Part shown: piece after piece, positions 1-13,449 of the stretch
How positions within the stretch are numbered: the stretch's first letter is position 1
Layout of the letters: each line of letters begins with the position of its first letter
Assembly (NCBI RefSeq): GCF_001194135.2
Contig: NC_068984.1
Coordinates: 67,142,802-67,206,732 of the forward strand
Direction: 5' to 3'
DNA length: 63,931 bases
Source: Octopus bimaculoides
Taxonomy: Eukaryota
Program-made: the position numbers and the translations under genes
Notes under the pieces: generated by a model
The model's input: the letters and a program-made list of their open reading frames with translations, nothing else
What the model was told of the DNA's origin: nothing
Databases searched by the model: none

Positions 1-20
1 ACACACACACACACACACAG

Positions 21-325
21 CTCCTCGGATTTGGGTCACCGTTTCTTTCCTCTTTTGTTATCTCCCCCTTTTTCTTAGCTCTCCTGCGCGAACTTCCTGT
101 TCAGCAACTTCCTGTCCAGCAGTCGCCATGATTGATCGCTGACAAAACATTCAATTTTTTTCCTCCATGTTTTTCTCCTTGTTTTCTCCATATTCTTTCT
201 GTTGAAGAGCGTAGCTCGAAACGTTAAATACTTTCTGTATTCCCGAGCGTTATACTAATACATCCTTTTGTTGTTTACACCACCTGTCCTCGTCTGCTGT
301 TGTTTTTTTTCTTAAATTCTCCTAT
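21..325 (+). mobile_element. Penelope-like element terminal (pseudo-LTR/UTR) fragment
   Basis: Contains the block TTCTTTCTGTTGAAGAGCGTAGCTCGAAACGTTAAA (hammerhead-like core, typical of PLE termini), sitting between (CA)n and (TA)n tracts. No ORF, so the class call rests on this motif. Confidence 0.5.
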
Positions 326-379
326 ATATATATATACACATACACAAACACACACGGACATACCTATTTATATATGCAG

Positions 380-425
<46 letters not shown>

Positions 426-429
426 AGGA

Positions 430-1400
430 AAGAACGAACGACAGTGAGAGAGCGGGGATAGAATATTGTTAGCGAGTAATACTGGTGTGTTGGCGAATAT
501 TTTTCGTTAATCAAGCAGATGAGGATTTTGTAGCTCTGGTTTGGATAGTTGTTTGGATAACAAACATCGTCCCAGATGTGTAAACAGAACAAAGATGAAC
601 ATCCACCTTTTCAAATGCTGTGCCAGTGTTCACTGGGACGAGAGTCATACTCAACAGCATGATTTGCATGATTATAACTCTTTATATAAATGTTTAAAAG
701 CTCAAAAGATTGAATGCGTGAGTTATAGATGAGTAGTGTAATGGAGAAAAGAACGCCAAGTTACTGCGTTGTTATTTAGCTCCAAATGAAATCGAATTGA
801 CCTATAATCAAATGTATCCATATTATGTTTATTTCGTACTCTTTTCAGCAATAGTGTGCTCAGGGCTACTTAACCTATGCTGATCTTATTAAAAAAAGCA
901 GTAAGATGTACTTTAAGTGATAGGTGATTGTGAATATGTAGATATATGGTGAGACAAGTTGAGCAATGAAAGAATTTGAACGATGTGCTGTTTTGTTTGT
1001 GTTTCTGTCTGAATTTTGAAGCAAACTAGAATTGATGTTATAGAGAGAAATAATAACGTAATTTTCGTTTAGTAAGGGGTTGTGGTTCAAATCATGATTG
1101 AAAAAATGGCTACTGATCTTGGAGATGACAGGGGGAGTATTAACAAAGAGATTGATTCTTTCTCTATATAACTATGAGTGTAAAAGATAACACATAGAAG
1201 TTATTCGAGTAGTAATTAGAAGAAGGAACATTTGTATAGAACATATGAGAAAGAGAGAGTGAGAGAAGGGGTAACAGAGATAGAGAAATATCGAAGACTA
1301 GGTAAGTTGAGATTGAAGCAGGAAGATTGTGGATGGGGCATAAAAAGAGAAGAAAATTAACAATAGAATTTAGCAGAGTGTTTTTTCGAAAAGACTATCA
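430..1400 (-). mobile_element. Highly degenerate L2-like LINE ORF2 relic
   Basis: Minus-strand translations give LFCLHIWDD...KILICLINEK...SLTIFY (cf. L2-type EYCSHIW...KAFRLIN...SLSIFY) and, upstream, IHNLPASIST (cf. INDLP) and ISKISSHFFNHDL, in the expected order. Many stops and frameshifts. Confidence 0.35.
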
Positions 1401-4400
1401 ACTTTCGAGAAATCCATGATCAATGTTAAAGAAATACAACTGACTAGCACTGGGGAAACATTTATAAAACCAGAATTTTCAAAATGAAATGTATATCTTA
1501 ATAAGCCAATACACACTGCTCCCTGAGTCAGTTGTAAAATGGTAAATTTAGCAACAGGTGTGTGGTATTTACAGGTGAAGTCAGAGAAACACGATAGTCA
1601 CATCGATTTTGCTAAAACAGCAAAGTTTACCGATAGAATTAACAAGACAACTAATTTGAGAATATGAAACACATATACTTTTATTTTAAAGTAGTAATAC
1701 GTTTAAAGTAAGAATAGTAGCTTCTGAGAAGCTTCTATCAGCAGAGAGTCAGTTTCATAGATTGAATGGAATATCAAAAGTAGATATAAAGTTAATGGAT
1801 TTAAAAAAAATATTAGTTAAATGTTATAAATTCATTCAAAGACAAATCCTCCTTAATCCAACATATTTGTTTTCTTTTATCTCACAAGACTTTTTAAAAT
1901 GATGATTATCAAGCTCTCAAACCATTGTACACCACTCTCAAGTATTATATATACAATATACTAATAACTTCAGCACATGACTGAATAGTCATTTCAAAAA
2001 TGAATATCATAAAGAAAACTAAGATATTATCTTTCTCACTAAATTAATTTAACAAAAAGTATTCTGTAAAGTATTATATATTCTTATTTGAGTACCTGTT
2101 TAATTCCATTACGCAGAAGAAAATTCGACAATATATCTCTAATGGAGAATTTCATTGAAATGAAAACCAGTAGATTGTCAGAATCAGACAGAGCGTCAGA
2201 AAAATGCATTGCGAAATTTGGATAGGTTTATTTACGTTCAAAGTTCAAATCCTACTTTGAAATAATACAAGTCAATATGTTACTTGGTTTTTGCATTTGG
2301 CTTACAAGATTCTTGACGTGAATTCGTTTGTTGAGACAAATCCTGTTGTGTCTTGCGAGGTTATTATGCCAATAATAAATACACTTAGAGTGCGTGTTTA
2401 TTATTGAAATAATGAGCCTTACCCAAGTACAAAACAGTAAATATTTAGTTTCTAAAAATAAAACTTATATTAAACCCATCTTAATATTTTATATAAATCA
2501 AAACTTTCAAAACTATTGATTTCTTATTGTCGTTAAGATTTTAAATCTTATTATAGAAGCTTCCATATTGGCTACCAATAAAAGTGCGTATATCGTAAAA
2601 ACTCTTGCTTTTATTTATAGCGTATTATGTAATTAGTTCCCTATTTGACGAATCTCTTTCAATATATTCTTAGAAACCACTTCAAGACTCATTCAATATA
2701 GAAAATAATAGCCACAGAGAAATATAAGCAACCAGAAATAATACAGCCACTAGCTTTTGAAAATTTACCAATAATGTCATACTTCCTAAAAAAGCTAAAA
2801 GTGATTTTCATCGTGGATTCCGGATGCTATTTTCTCAATCTCTGCAACATACTCTCAACCTCATATGCAATTATACAATAACTGCATCGACACTTAAATT
2901 GATAAACTGATCATTAATTATGTAATATAAATGTTTCTGTCTCCTATCTTCCTTATATTCCCCTTTTTCGTCATTATAATAATTAGACGGTGGCGTTATT
3001 TGAGACAAATCTGCATGCAACAAGAACAAAACTAAATCATGAAGTGCAGCAAAGTTTAAACAACTAATGGAATACAAATATAAATCATTATAACAAAGAA
3101 AATCTTTATTTATAGCCTGAACCTGAAGCCAGTAGATGTATCATATCTAGATTTTCTTTACGTTTCTACTAACCAGAAGCCCAATAATGATCCTGAAAGC
3201 TAATTATTTCATACCGTCATATTAAGCAATTGGTATTCTTTACAATATTACATATTCCCATTTGAGTGTCTACTTAATTTCATTAGTTAAAAGAAACTTC
3301 AATAGTATATGTCAAATGAGCATTTCGTGTCGTTTTTGTAATTACATTTACAGCTCTAAGTATCAGTTTTAGTGGAGTTCGTTTTTTTTTTAATTCGAAG
3401 CAAAGAAATTTAATTGCTCGGTGGTAATCAAATTAAGATATATCGTTAGAGAGTTTAAATTGAAGTGGTAATAGATATTTCAGAAAAAGACCTATAATAT
3501 TTAAACAATAAAGTTTCTTACAGAGAAGAAAATGAAATATAACCTGTTTTTGATAGACGTTATTAGTGGAATTTCTAAAGCTCTCCACAAATTTAGCTGT
3601 GAGGGTATTAATATTCACAAATATCATGATGTCTGCTTAGATATGAGAACATACAGGTATTCCAGTTGTTATTAAAACATATGTGAAAGAGGAAATCATA
3701 TTCAAGTTGGAGAGAATACACTTGTCTGCAATGATTTTGCTTTCCTTAAGACGGTTTATAATTAAATTGAGAGGTAATGATTCCAAATATCACAACGTTT
3801 GACTATCCCGTCAATCTCAGCCGTCAAACATTATAGGCCAGAATGCTTTACCGTTTTTCGGCATTCCAGGAAAATTATCCATGTTATTAATTCTTCATTT
3901 AAAACCATTCGCTTTATTTAAAATTGAACTAGTATCTTGCAGATATTTTAAAAATGGAAGTCACGTTCATATCTTATAAAGCTTATACACTATAAGTACC
4001 TAATTACTATATTCCCTAAAAAAATGAAGGCATCTGACATAGGTTCTAAAGGTAGAGACTATCTTTTAATAACTGTTATCAGTTGAGAAAGATTATAAGA
4101 CAGATAAAATCCCTCTTATGATATCATTTAAAATGTGTTTCCTTTCATACTAATTAGTCACAATTAGTGCATCTAAATAAGTTATTAAAAAAATCATGGA
4201 AGTAATAATGAAAGAGATGAAATACTTCAAACTCAAATGATATTTAGAAGCTTCAATGTAATTGACACAATGTTTGACCAGCAAAATAATTTCTTTATGT
4301 ATGTGTATGTATAGATAAGTCATGATAAAGGAAATCCTTAGTTGAGAAAGGAATGGCAAGAGTGATGGAAAATGCTGGAACCATGTGATATCAATCTCAG

Positions 4401-4964
4401 CTGTCTAATTCATCAAGTGGGAGAAGACAGCTCGGGTCGAAACTACGAGCTGACTGTCGGCGGTGGCTATTACATACGTACAAGCAAAAACATATGTATG
4501 CATATTATATCAGCTCACTCTTATTGCTACTGGTAACATGTAACCCAGTACGAATTGTAGCATGGTGGGGTCGTCGGCGACAAGACCGGCAAACCTACCA
4601 AACTTACTTGGTAATGAAGGTACTTTACTTAGGATAGCGTCCAGGACGAGAATCAAAATGTGTTAAAGGACTGATGAGTTCAGTAGAATCAGCTGGGAGT
4701 GAGATACCCCTTGTCTTTATTTAGACATGTATCTAGGAAAGGGATATTCTAAAATAACACTTGCCTCGATGCAAAGCCGAATATCTTGCTCTTGCTTGAT
4801 TCTGGAATACATGTTATTGTAGGGGAGACTGTTAGCGGTGTTGTGCGAGCTATTACTGACTTTAAATTTCAGCACAATCATTGTTGACAGTCATTGTCTT
4901 TAACATCTAGGATATGATAGTTGGTCATTGATAGTCGTACGCATCTACGAGTTGACAGCTATCA

Positions 4965-5017
<53 letters not shown>

Positions 5018-7280
5018 CAGAGATTCCTTCAGAAATAAAGTGCAATGAACAAGTAGTCACTCTAGACGCTGAAAATAGTTGCCAACTATCCCTTAGATCT
5101 TACTCTACTATCTTACAAAGGGAGAATGTATTGCATAATGTAGTCCTAGATAAATTAATTTGTGATAATCGTGGTTGGAAGTCTTCTATCACAGATATGC
5201 TCACTGGTACTGACTTGTGGGTAAACACAAACAGCAAAACTATATACACAAGAAATTTGACGTCACTATTTTACGGCGGCTTTAGCTTGAATAACATTAG
5301 AGTTGTCAAACGTTTAGTAAGCTGCTCTGTGGCTTAAAATCTCAAGATCGTACGATACAGATTGAAAATATGTCTCACTGTTTCGCCGAAAAGTCATGCA
5401 TCTGTTTGGTACTGAAAGAATAAAACAATATCTAATAGATATTCGGTCGAACAGTTGTGTGATTATACAAGTAATACGGGACAAATAGTAACGAATGGGA
5501 TTCGGTAGTCTAAAATAATTTAAATTAAATCTTAGAGTTTCATCATGTCAGTTTCAATGTAATTTACGTATACATTATATTGTTTAGAGTGACTGTTGAA
5601 TTCAAATCTACTTTGAAAATTACACGTTACTTCGAATCTATACCGTTCTTTTGATAGATGTTGTAGAGCGAAGATGGGAATTATATTCTTAGAATTCACA
5701 CCATGGAAATTGGTGACAAGTTTACTTAAATTATTCATTGAATAATTTTCAACACATTTTGATGGAAATTATTGCAGATTGCTCAAAATATCTGCTTGGA
5801 AGATATAACACTTAACACTAAGAGGAAATAAAAAGAAAAAACGTTCTAAAAAATAAATACAATAACAGGGAAAAATAACAAGGTAATCAGGAAGTTAATT
5901 TTATTGGTGGAAGGTATACTTAATAGTATTACCTGAGGCTAGTTATTGTCCATAATAATAAACCTCATATATCAGTCAAATTACTTACCGTTTAGTGTTC
6001 GGTGGGGAAAATTCAATTGGCAGTTCTAGACAATTTTATATTTAAGTTTTGAAGAGGTTTTGGCGCGAAGCCACTTTCAGAAAAAAGCTAAAATTGCATC
6101 TCATTAATTCTATTTTATTTAATTACGTACTAGGAGCGAATTTCTGAAGACTGCATCTATTAGAATGGCTCTTGAAATATACTGTAGTTAAGAAAAAACG
6201 AAAAATTCTAGAAGCATAAAATAAATGATCGAAAATGTATCTCCTTCAAAATTTTTCGAAAGAAATGTAAATGTATTTAGATATGGTATAAAATGACATT
6301 AGCAACTTCTTTGTTCTTCACATGCTTTCCCAGAATAGTTTACGTTTTAGCGCATTACACTTTTTTTGCAGCCAATAGGCTGTAGTCATGCTGAGACAGC
6401 AGGTATTGAAACATTTTCAGTTGGCACATCAAGAGCTCAAATAAATACATTAATTTGCGTCAGAGAAAACATAAAGTAGTAGTTGTCAATAAATAGTATT
6501 CTTCTATTTTTACTTTCGAACATGCTGATATCTATTCATTGCTACTATGTTCAGTGTTGAACCATTATATCTTGTGATATCTATTTGCAGTAAGGAGGGC
6601 ATAAACGTAGTGTTTGAGTTGGTCATAAACAAAACTGCAACAACGGTAGCAGAATAAACATTTCTAATCGTCAGACGGTCTAGCAGCAACTAGAAACATT
6701 TTACTAGTAAGCCCATTTTAACAATATCCTAGAATTTAAGCAAATTTTGAGAAGAAAATTTATATATCTTAGTAAAACTTGATTTTTCTGCTGTGTATTA
6801 CATCTAGTGTAAAACAAAAATACACTTCTCTAATAAAAAGGAAGAACACAGCTATATAGAAAAAATACACGAGGAACGGAGCATCAGTTTGAAATCTCAC
6901 AACCAGTAAAAAATATTCTTACAACTGACGTCTATTTTATTTAAATGTGTAAAACATGGTTCAGTATCATTCACAGGATTCATGGTAGTTAAGATTCTGA
7001 AGCAATTTCGAATTCTCTTTCTAGAAAATAAAATTGTAACTAAAATTGGTAGTCTAATGAAAATCAGAGCAAGATAGATGTGTATGTTATTGAGTCAACA
7101 CCACAACATATACCTCTATTGATTTTGCAACTAACTAACTGCTGATTACACTTGATATGTAAAAAAGATGTCACAAATACACTTTTATACTTCGATTTCA
7201 ATTCATTAAAATGTACACGCATTGAAAGCAAAACAAGTATATGCAAAATAGCGTAATTCTCGTTTTCATTTGGAATAAAG

Positions 7281-7313
<33 letters not shown>

Positions 7314-8548
7314 CGAGCTATTTTGAAATGAAAGACAAAAGTATAAAACTATACGCAACATAATATGAAGTAGTCTTCAGTATTCGTTATTCAAAATGAA
7401 ATCAAGAATTACACCATTATGCATATTTGTTTTACTACATTTTAATGAATAGAAAGCATACGTATAAACGTGTATTGGTGACATTATTTGATACACCAAC
7501 TATTAAAGTTATATCTGTAATATAATCAGTAACTGGTGAGTTACAAAATTCATCTTAGCAGGAGTGCCAGAAAATGCGGAATGTCTGATTTGATAAGTTA
7601 TTCCACCATATAAGAAGTCTTTTAAAATTTGTCTTTTACATGAAATATTTTAATATACATTTACAATGTAAAAGTATTATCTCTCTCAACCTATCTATTC
7701 ATTAAACATGGTATGTTACTTTTCTTTTTATAAAACCAAATTATAATTGTGAATAGAGACATTTCTTTGTTATTTTATGAGTTAAAATAATATTCTAGTT
7801 ATTTTTGTTATTTTCTTCATTCCATTTTTTCGAATTCCTTTCATAAATATATTTAATGCTTTCATACAAAACACTATTAATTTAAAATATACCAAATCTC
7901 AACTCTATGTTTCTTTTTCATTTTGTTGAAAATTAAATTTTAGAAATATGGGTCTCACCGAGAAGTCGCCAAATACATCAGCTGAAACTGATGTTAAGCA
8001 AGAACAATTCAGCTGTCATTTAATAAATATGATTACATACGTTTTATACTACTGCCAATTTAACTTTATTAACTGTTCTTTTAATACTTATAAACTCAGC
8101 TTTTATACTATGCTCTACTTTTAAAATATTGACAGATTTATTTGATATGTTTCCTTTACCCAAACCGGCTAAAGTTTCAGCCACTCATATTAATGCTTTT
8201 GAATAAGCAATTTTATTTATGAAATGCAATAACATGCTGAATATAGCTATGTTGTTTTAGATATATATATCTAAAAGGAAGTTAATTATTTTCGTCAATG
8301 TAAACGTGACATACTCGTAAAAACCTGATATGTTTTGTGCAGTTAAATTGACAACTATATAATTGTTATAATTGATGACATATCTACTAACAATTGAGAA
8401 TAAAACAAAGTTGTAATTAATTTCGGTTTCCTTTCTTTATATAAATCGATATCATTTTACTAGTTTCTGGCAGTAGTCAGTGGCCATGCTGAGGTACGTC
8501 ACACACGCATATTCACACCTACACACAGACACAGACACATGCATGCCA

Positions 8549-8582
<34 letters not shown>

Positions 8583-9377
8583 NNNNNNNNNNNNNNNNNN
8601 NNNNNNNNNNNNNNNNNNNNNNNNNNNNNNNNNNNNNNNNNNNNNNNNNNNNNNNNNNNNNNNNNNNNNNNNNNNNNNNNNNNNNNNNNNNNNNNNNNNN
8701 NNNNNNNNNNNNNNNNNNNNNNNNNNNNNNNNNNNNNNNNNNNNNNNNNNNNNNNNNNNNNNNNNNNNNNNNNNNNNNNNNNNNNNNNNNNNNNNNNNNN
8801 NNNNNNNNNNNNNNNNNNNNNNNNNNNNNNNNNNNNNNNNNNNNNNNNNNNNNNNNNNNNNNNNNNNNNNNNNNNNNNNNNNNNNNNNNNNNNNNNNNNN
8901 NNNNNNNNNNNNNNNNNNNNNNNNNNNNNNNNNNNNNNNNNNNNNNNNNNNNNNNNNNNNNNNNNNNNNNNNNNNNNNNNNNNNNNNNNNNNNNNNNNNN
9001 NNNNNNNNNNNNNNNNNNNNNNNNNNNNNNNNNNNNNNNNNNNNNNNNNNNNNNNNNNNNNNNNNNNNNNNNNNNNNNNNNNNNNNNNNNNNNNNNNNNN
9101 NNNNNNNNNNNNNNNNNNNNNNNNNNNNNNNNNNNNNNNNNNNNNNNNNNNNNNNNNNNNNNNNNNNNNNNNNNNNNNNNNNNNNNNNNNNNNNNNNNNN
9201 NNNNNNNNNNNNNNNNNNNNNNNNNNNNNNNNNNNNNNNNNNNNNNNNNNNNNNNNNNNNNNNNNNNNNNNNNNNNNNNNNNNNNNNNNNNNNNNNNNNN
9301 NNNNNNNNNNNNNNNNNNNNNNNNNNNNNNNNNNNNNNNNNNNNNNNNNNNNNNNNNNNNNNNNNNNNNNNNNNNNN
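8583..9377. other. Assembly gap (largest of 13 N-runs; others at 12631, 16314, 24025, 30463, 30824, 38812, 44388, 47104, 49840, 51055, 51982, 57982)
   Basis: Runs of N, most flanked on at least one side by microsatellite. Confidence 1.
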
Positions 9378-9799
9378 TAGAACAATAATTAGATATATAT
9401 ATATCTCAACCAACAATAAGTGCCAAATGAATTAATATGAAATACTTATTTTATAAAGATAGAAAAATTATTAAAAATATCAAAATAATAACCATTCAAT
9501 AATCCTCCCTTCCTCCATTACAATAACATGTATATTATATACAAAAAAACAGCTTACATAAATTATCATTGTTTTAAATTATCTTTGTTTTAAATACAAT
9601 TTGAACGAAGTTTAAGTTTAAAATCATAATGAAAATAAAATTAGTACATATTTAACCGGTGTAATAGTTAAAGCTATACTATTTAAAGCTAAAAACGTTT
9701 ATTGAAACTTGGTTATTTTTCCTAAAACTATATATTTTATATATATATATATATATACATGCACACACACACATGTACACATACATACAGATACACACA

Positions 9800-10790
9800 A
9801 TAAAATGGTTACAATCAATGTCTACTGAGATGACAGACACATACCAATATTTAAATTTTAGATCTTGTCACTCATTTCACATTGGAAGAAACATCCCATA
9901 CAATGTGACCGGGAGTAAGGATCATATGTTCAATAATTACGGATATAGACAAGAGAAATGATTGATAGAATTATATATATTCGTTCAAATAAAACTTATC
10001 CAAAAGGCATAGTAAAGCATGCCATAACCAAGACAAAATAGATCCTACTCTCTGCCCTACGGAGAAGCCCTCACAACAAGAGCGAAGACCAAACACAAAT
10101 ATGAATATTCTATTTGTATTAACAACCAATAATCTTCGGGGGCCATAACATTTGTTTAGCCAAACGATATTTTCCAATTCTACACTAATCGTCAAATCTT
10201 TGAAAAATAATTTAAGAGTCACACATTGTAAGTAGTCAAAAACAGCCACCAAAAAATAAAGGACTTTTAACAAAGGCGAAATTGAGATCAAACGAAGAAA
10301 TTATATAAGCACCAAATTATGGAGACCTTAGTTGTAGGAAGAGTAAAAGAAATGAATAGGGAACAACCAAGAATGGGAAGAAAATGAAGGTTAATTCAAA
10401 TATGAATTGCAAAACAAAAAATCTCATTTATTGTATTACATACTCATATTGCAAAGATAATTATATCGGCCAAATGGGATAAAAATTTATAAATCGGTTT
10501 AGAGGAAAAAAACAATAAATCAAACATTCATCTCTTAGAAATGTTCCATGTAGCGAAAAATCTAGACAATTGTACAAATGGAAAATTCAAAATATGCTCT
10601 TTTAAAAGAAAAATAAAAGTAAAAATGATCAACTGCGGAATGCAAAATAAGAATACTTTATAAGAATTCTAAATCCTAAACGAAACCGAAAATAGTCAAC
10701 ACAAGTTCTAAAATAACGTCTCTATATGGATTACCCCATAACACGTGTATCTGAAAATCTGTGAACGGTGGAAACGCTTAAATACAATAC
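9800..10790 (+). mobile_element. Penelope-like retroelement 3' part (RT C-terminus/linker + GIY-YIG endonuclease), decayed
   Basis: TDTYQYLNFRSCHSFHIGRNIPYN (~9832-9903); YPKGIVKHAITK (9997); QKQPPKNKGLLTKAK; GIY-YIG block NSNMNCKTKNLIYCITYSYCKDNYIGQMG (~10393-10478); terminal EYFIRILNPKRNRK* (to 10695). Contains stops and frameshifts. Confidence 0.85.
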
Positions 10791-11360
10791 AGAAACTTTT
10801 CATAATAGGGTTAGGTTGTTATTTAACTTCAGGTTAGTATTGATTAAGCTTACCCATTATGAAAACTTCAAGGCGTGACTTTCCCTTTATCTTTGTATGT
10901 CTTGGGTTACGTTCTCGTGTTCTTACGACTGTTGAGTGTACTTTGAAGGAAATTTGGTTGATGTTCCTAACAGCTGGAGTTCTACTTCATTGAATCACTA
11001 AATATATTTTCTATCAAGCAGGGCTTATTAGCGTTCATCAGTGTTCAATATCCTAACCTACACTGGTAGGGTAAATTTGAGAAATTTAATCATGAGCTGA
11101 GCACTAAGGGCAGTTCAGTACCACTCCAAAAACTCCATAGCACCCTCTGAAACAAAGTTATTTTCGCATTTAGCTTTCTGTCGGATTGAATAAGCCTTGT
11201 AGAGAAGAGGAAATTCAATTCATGTGCAACAGACTGCCCATCCCATATCATATAAACCTGACTCTAATATGCAGTGAAACTAATGGCGTATCTCCATCCA
11301 TTTCTGGGACGAAAAAAACAAACAAACAAATATGCCTTACGTTTGATAAGGGAGGATGAA

Positions 11361-11770
11361 TAATGATGTCGATGACGTCGATGAAGGGGGAACGATAATG
11401 CCAACAACATCAATAATAACAATCATGATGTTTATAATAATGATGATGATGATGATGACGATGAGAATGACAACGACAACGATGACAGCGATGACGAACA
11501 ACGATGTGGAACAACGTTAGCGATAACAATGACGAAGAGGATGATTATGATGATATCGACAGTAGTAGCGATAGAGATCACGAAATGACATCAGCAATAA
11601 TAGAGGATGACGATGTTGAAGATGATGATGATGATGATGATGATGACGACGGCGACAACGCAGCTGTTTGCTGTTGTTTCTAAACCTATCGATGATGATG
11701 ATGATAATGGTAATGAGGGTGAAAATGATGGAGATGATGTTGTCAATGATGGTGATTACAACGGCAACAC
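11361..11770. repeat. Compound degenerate (GAT)n/(GAC)n/(AAC)n trinucleotide microsatellite
   Basis: Directly visible runs of gatgatgat, gacgac and aacaac. Confidence 0.9.
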
Positions 11771-11912
11771 GATAGTGATCATACCGCTCTCACTCAGAAC
11801 GTGTTTTCAAGTTGCTCAAGATACATTTACATCTCCTGAAGACTTTTTACGTATAAAGTCTTTATCTTATATTATGTTTCTACATATGAACTACGTTGAA
11901 CAGGCCAATACT

Positions 11913-11945
<33 letters not shown>

Positions 11946-12268
11946 ATGTATGTATGTATATATATATATCTGGGAGTCGGTTACCTTATCTAGTATTTAT
12001 GACGAATCTACTAGTAATAAACGTAGACGTTTTATTATCAACAGAATTATCAGTGGTATTGGACTTCGAATTATCTAACAGAACATCTGCTCAGTATTAA
12101 TAAAGTTACTATAGCAACTATGCAGCTTCCTGTCGTGGCTTTTCAGCCATGATTCTGAGGACAATAAAAATAAATATATTGATGTCAGCACCTCGAAAAA
12201 TCGAAAAATAACAACGTTGGTTCATGGGAAATTTGGCTTTTTCTTTCTCTTTCTTTATGTAGATGTCA

Positions 12269-12269
<1 letters not shown>

Positions 12270-12339
<70 letters not shown>

Positions 12340-12845
12340 TTTATCTCACACTTGCAGAAGCAGAAATGGAAGCTGCGTTACATACTACTACTAATGACGC
12401 TGCTGCTGCTGCTGTTGCTGCAGTTGCTGCTGCTGGTGTTTTCACTACTGCTAGTACTGTAACTACTATTACTGTACTACTATGATTACCATCTCCCCTC
12501 TTCTTTCTCCACCACCTCCACCTCCATTACCGTCTCCTCATTCATCACCGTCTCCTCCTCCTCCTCCTCCTCCTCCTCCACCACCACCACCATCACCATC
12601 TCCACCACCATCACCATCTCCACCACCATCNNNNNNNNNNNNNNNNNNNNNNNNNNNNNNNNNNNNNNNNNNNNNNNNNNNNNNNNNNNNNNNNNNNNNN
12701 NNNNNNNNNNNNNNNNNNNNNNNNNNNNNNNNNNNNNNNNNNNNNNNNNNNNNNNNNNNNNNNNNNNNNNNNNNNNNNNNNNNTCCTTCCTCTCCACCAC
12801 CACCACCACCACCACCGCCGCCGCCTCCCCTCCCCCTCCTCCTCC
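12270..12845. repeat. Compound trinucleotide microsatellite: (ATT)n, (CTA/CTG)n, (CTC/CAC)n, interrupted by an N gap
   Basis: Directly visible; explains the poly-I/L/P/G ORFs here. Confidence 0.95.
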
Positions 12846-13449
12846 TTTCAAATCGTATAACTAATGCATTCATAAGCCAAAGAGGAAGATCGAGACAAAG
12901 TCGGAGCGTTTTCATGTTCGCTGCACCTGCTTGAAATGTCAGCGAAATAATTCGTAAACCACATAGACCAACATTCTTATCAAGCAAAAAAGACATGAGT
13001 AGCAGTAGTTCTCAATAAAACATGTTTGAAAAATCATATAAAAACCGGATTGTCATATTTGAATTGTCTTTAGAAGTGGATATACGCGATCGTGTTTGTT
13101 TTGGGAGTAAATCACCACCACTAAACAACGAGTGATATCAGTATTATTCATAATATCATACGGTATACGTTGAAATATAAAAACGTTAGAACTAAAAGGT
13201 TAGGCTAAAGAAAGCGCAAGAAGAGTTCCAATGATTTATTAAACTACTGCTGCTGCTAATCATACTTAATGTTCCTTTGTCGTTAAATTCCGATAGCAAA
13301 TATAATTACAAAGATTACTAACTATAGTATTGAAGGGCTTTTGATTAGTAGGATACTTTTTGGACTATGTTGTTGCTTTGATTTTGATTTTGCTCAGCTC
13401 TTTTCTTTTGTGGTTGTGTTTGACCTCGGTGAACTGTGAATCGTCCAAA

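Noticed and set aside
4428-4452. Perfect 7-bp hairpin CAGCTCG/CGAGCTG around GTCGAAAC, hammerhead-like
   Set aside because: The upstream CUGANGA box matches only 4 of 7 positions and no stem I or III can be drawn; a 7-bp stem is expected by chance in 64 kb.
4750-5337. Copia RNase H-like fragments (CKAEYLALA, ICDNRG) and the 138-aa ORF at 4921-5337
   Set aside because: Spacing between the motifs is about three times too long, there is no other copia domain, and the ORF start runs through (TA)n.
5989-6025. 37-nt candidate minus-strand exon (LPIEFSPPNTK) with a perfect GTAAGT donor, phase-compatible with the 47723 candidate
   Set aside because: Weak acceptor (no pyrimidine tract), unrecognised peptide; GTAAGT and phase compatibility are common by chance.
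8008-8023. 16-mer TTCAGCTGTCATTTAA (E-box/TALE-like) repeated near 42532
   Set aside because: About one exact 16-mer pair is expected by chance in a window this size, and the flanks do not align.
8480-9435. Long ORFs (up to ~300 aa) spanning N gaps here and at 12.5, 16.2, 23.8, 30.8, 38.5, 49.5, 51.0 and 58.0 kb
   Set aside because: They consist of X residues from assembly gaps plus microsatellite translations. The only real content is the REL segment in the 38549-39340 ORF, reported separately.
11248-11293. Minus-strand segment with a good polypyrimidine acceptor (TTTTTTTTCGTCCCAG)
   Set aside because: The T-tract is a (TTTG)n simple repeat, the donor is weak, and no homology is recognisable.
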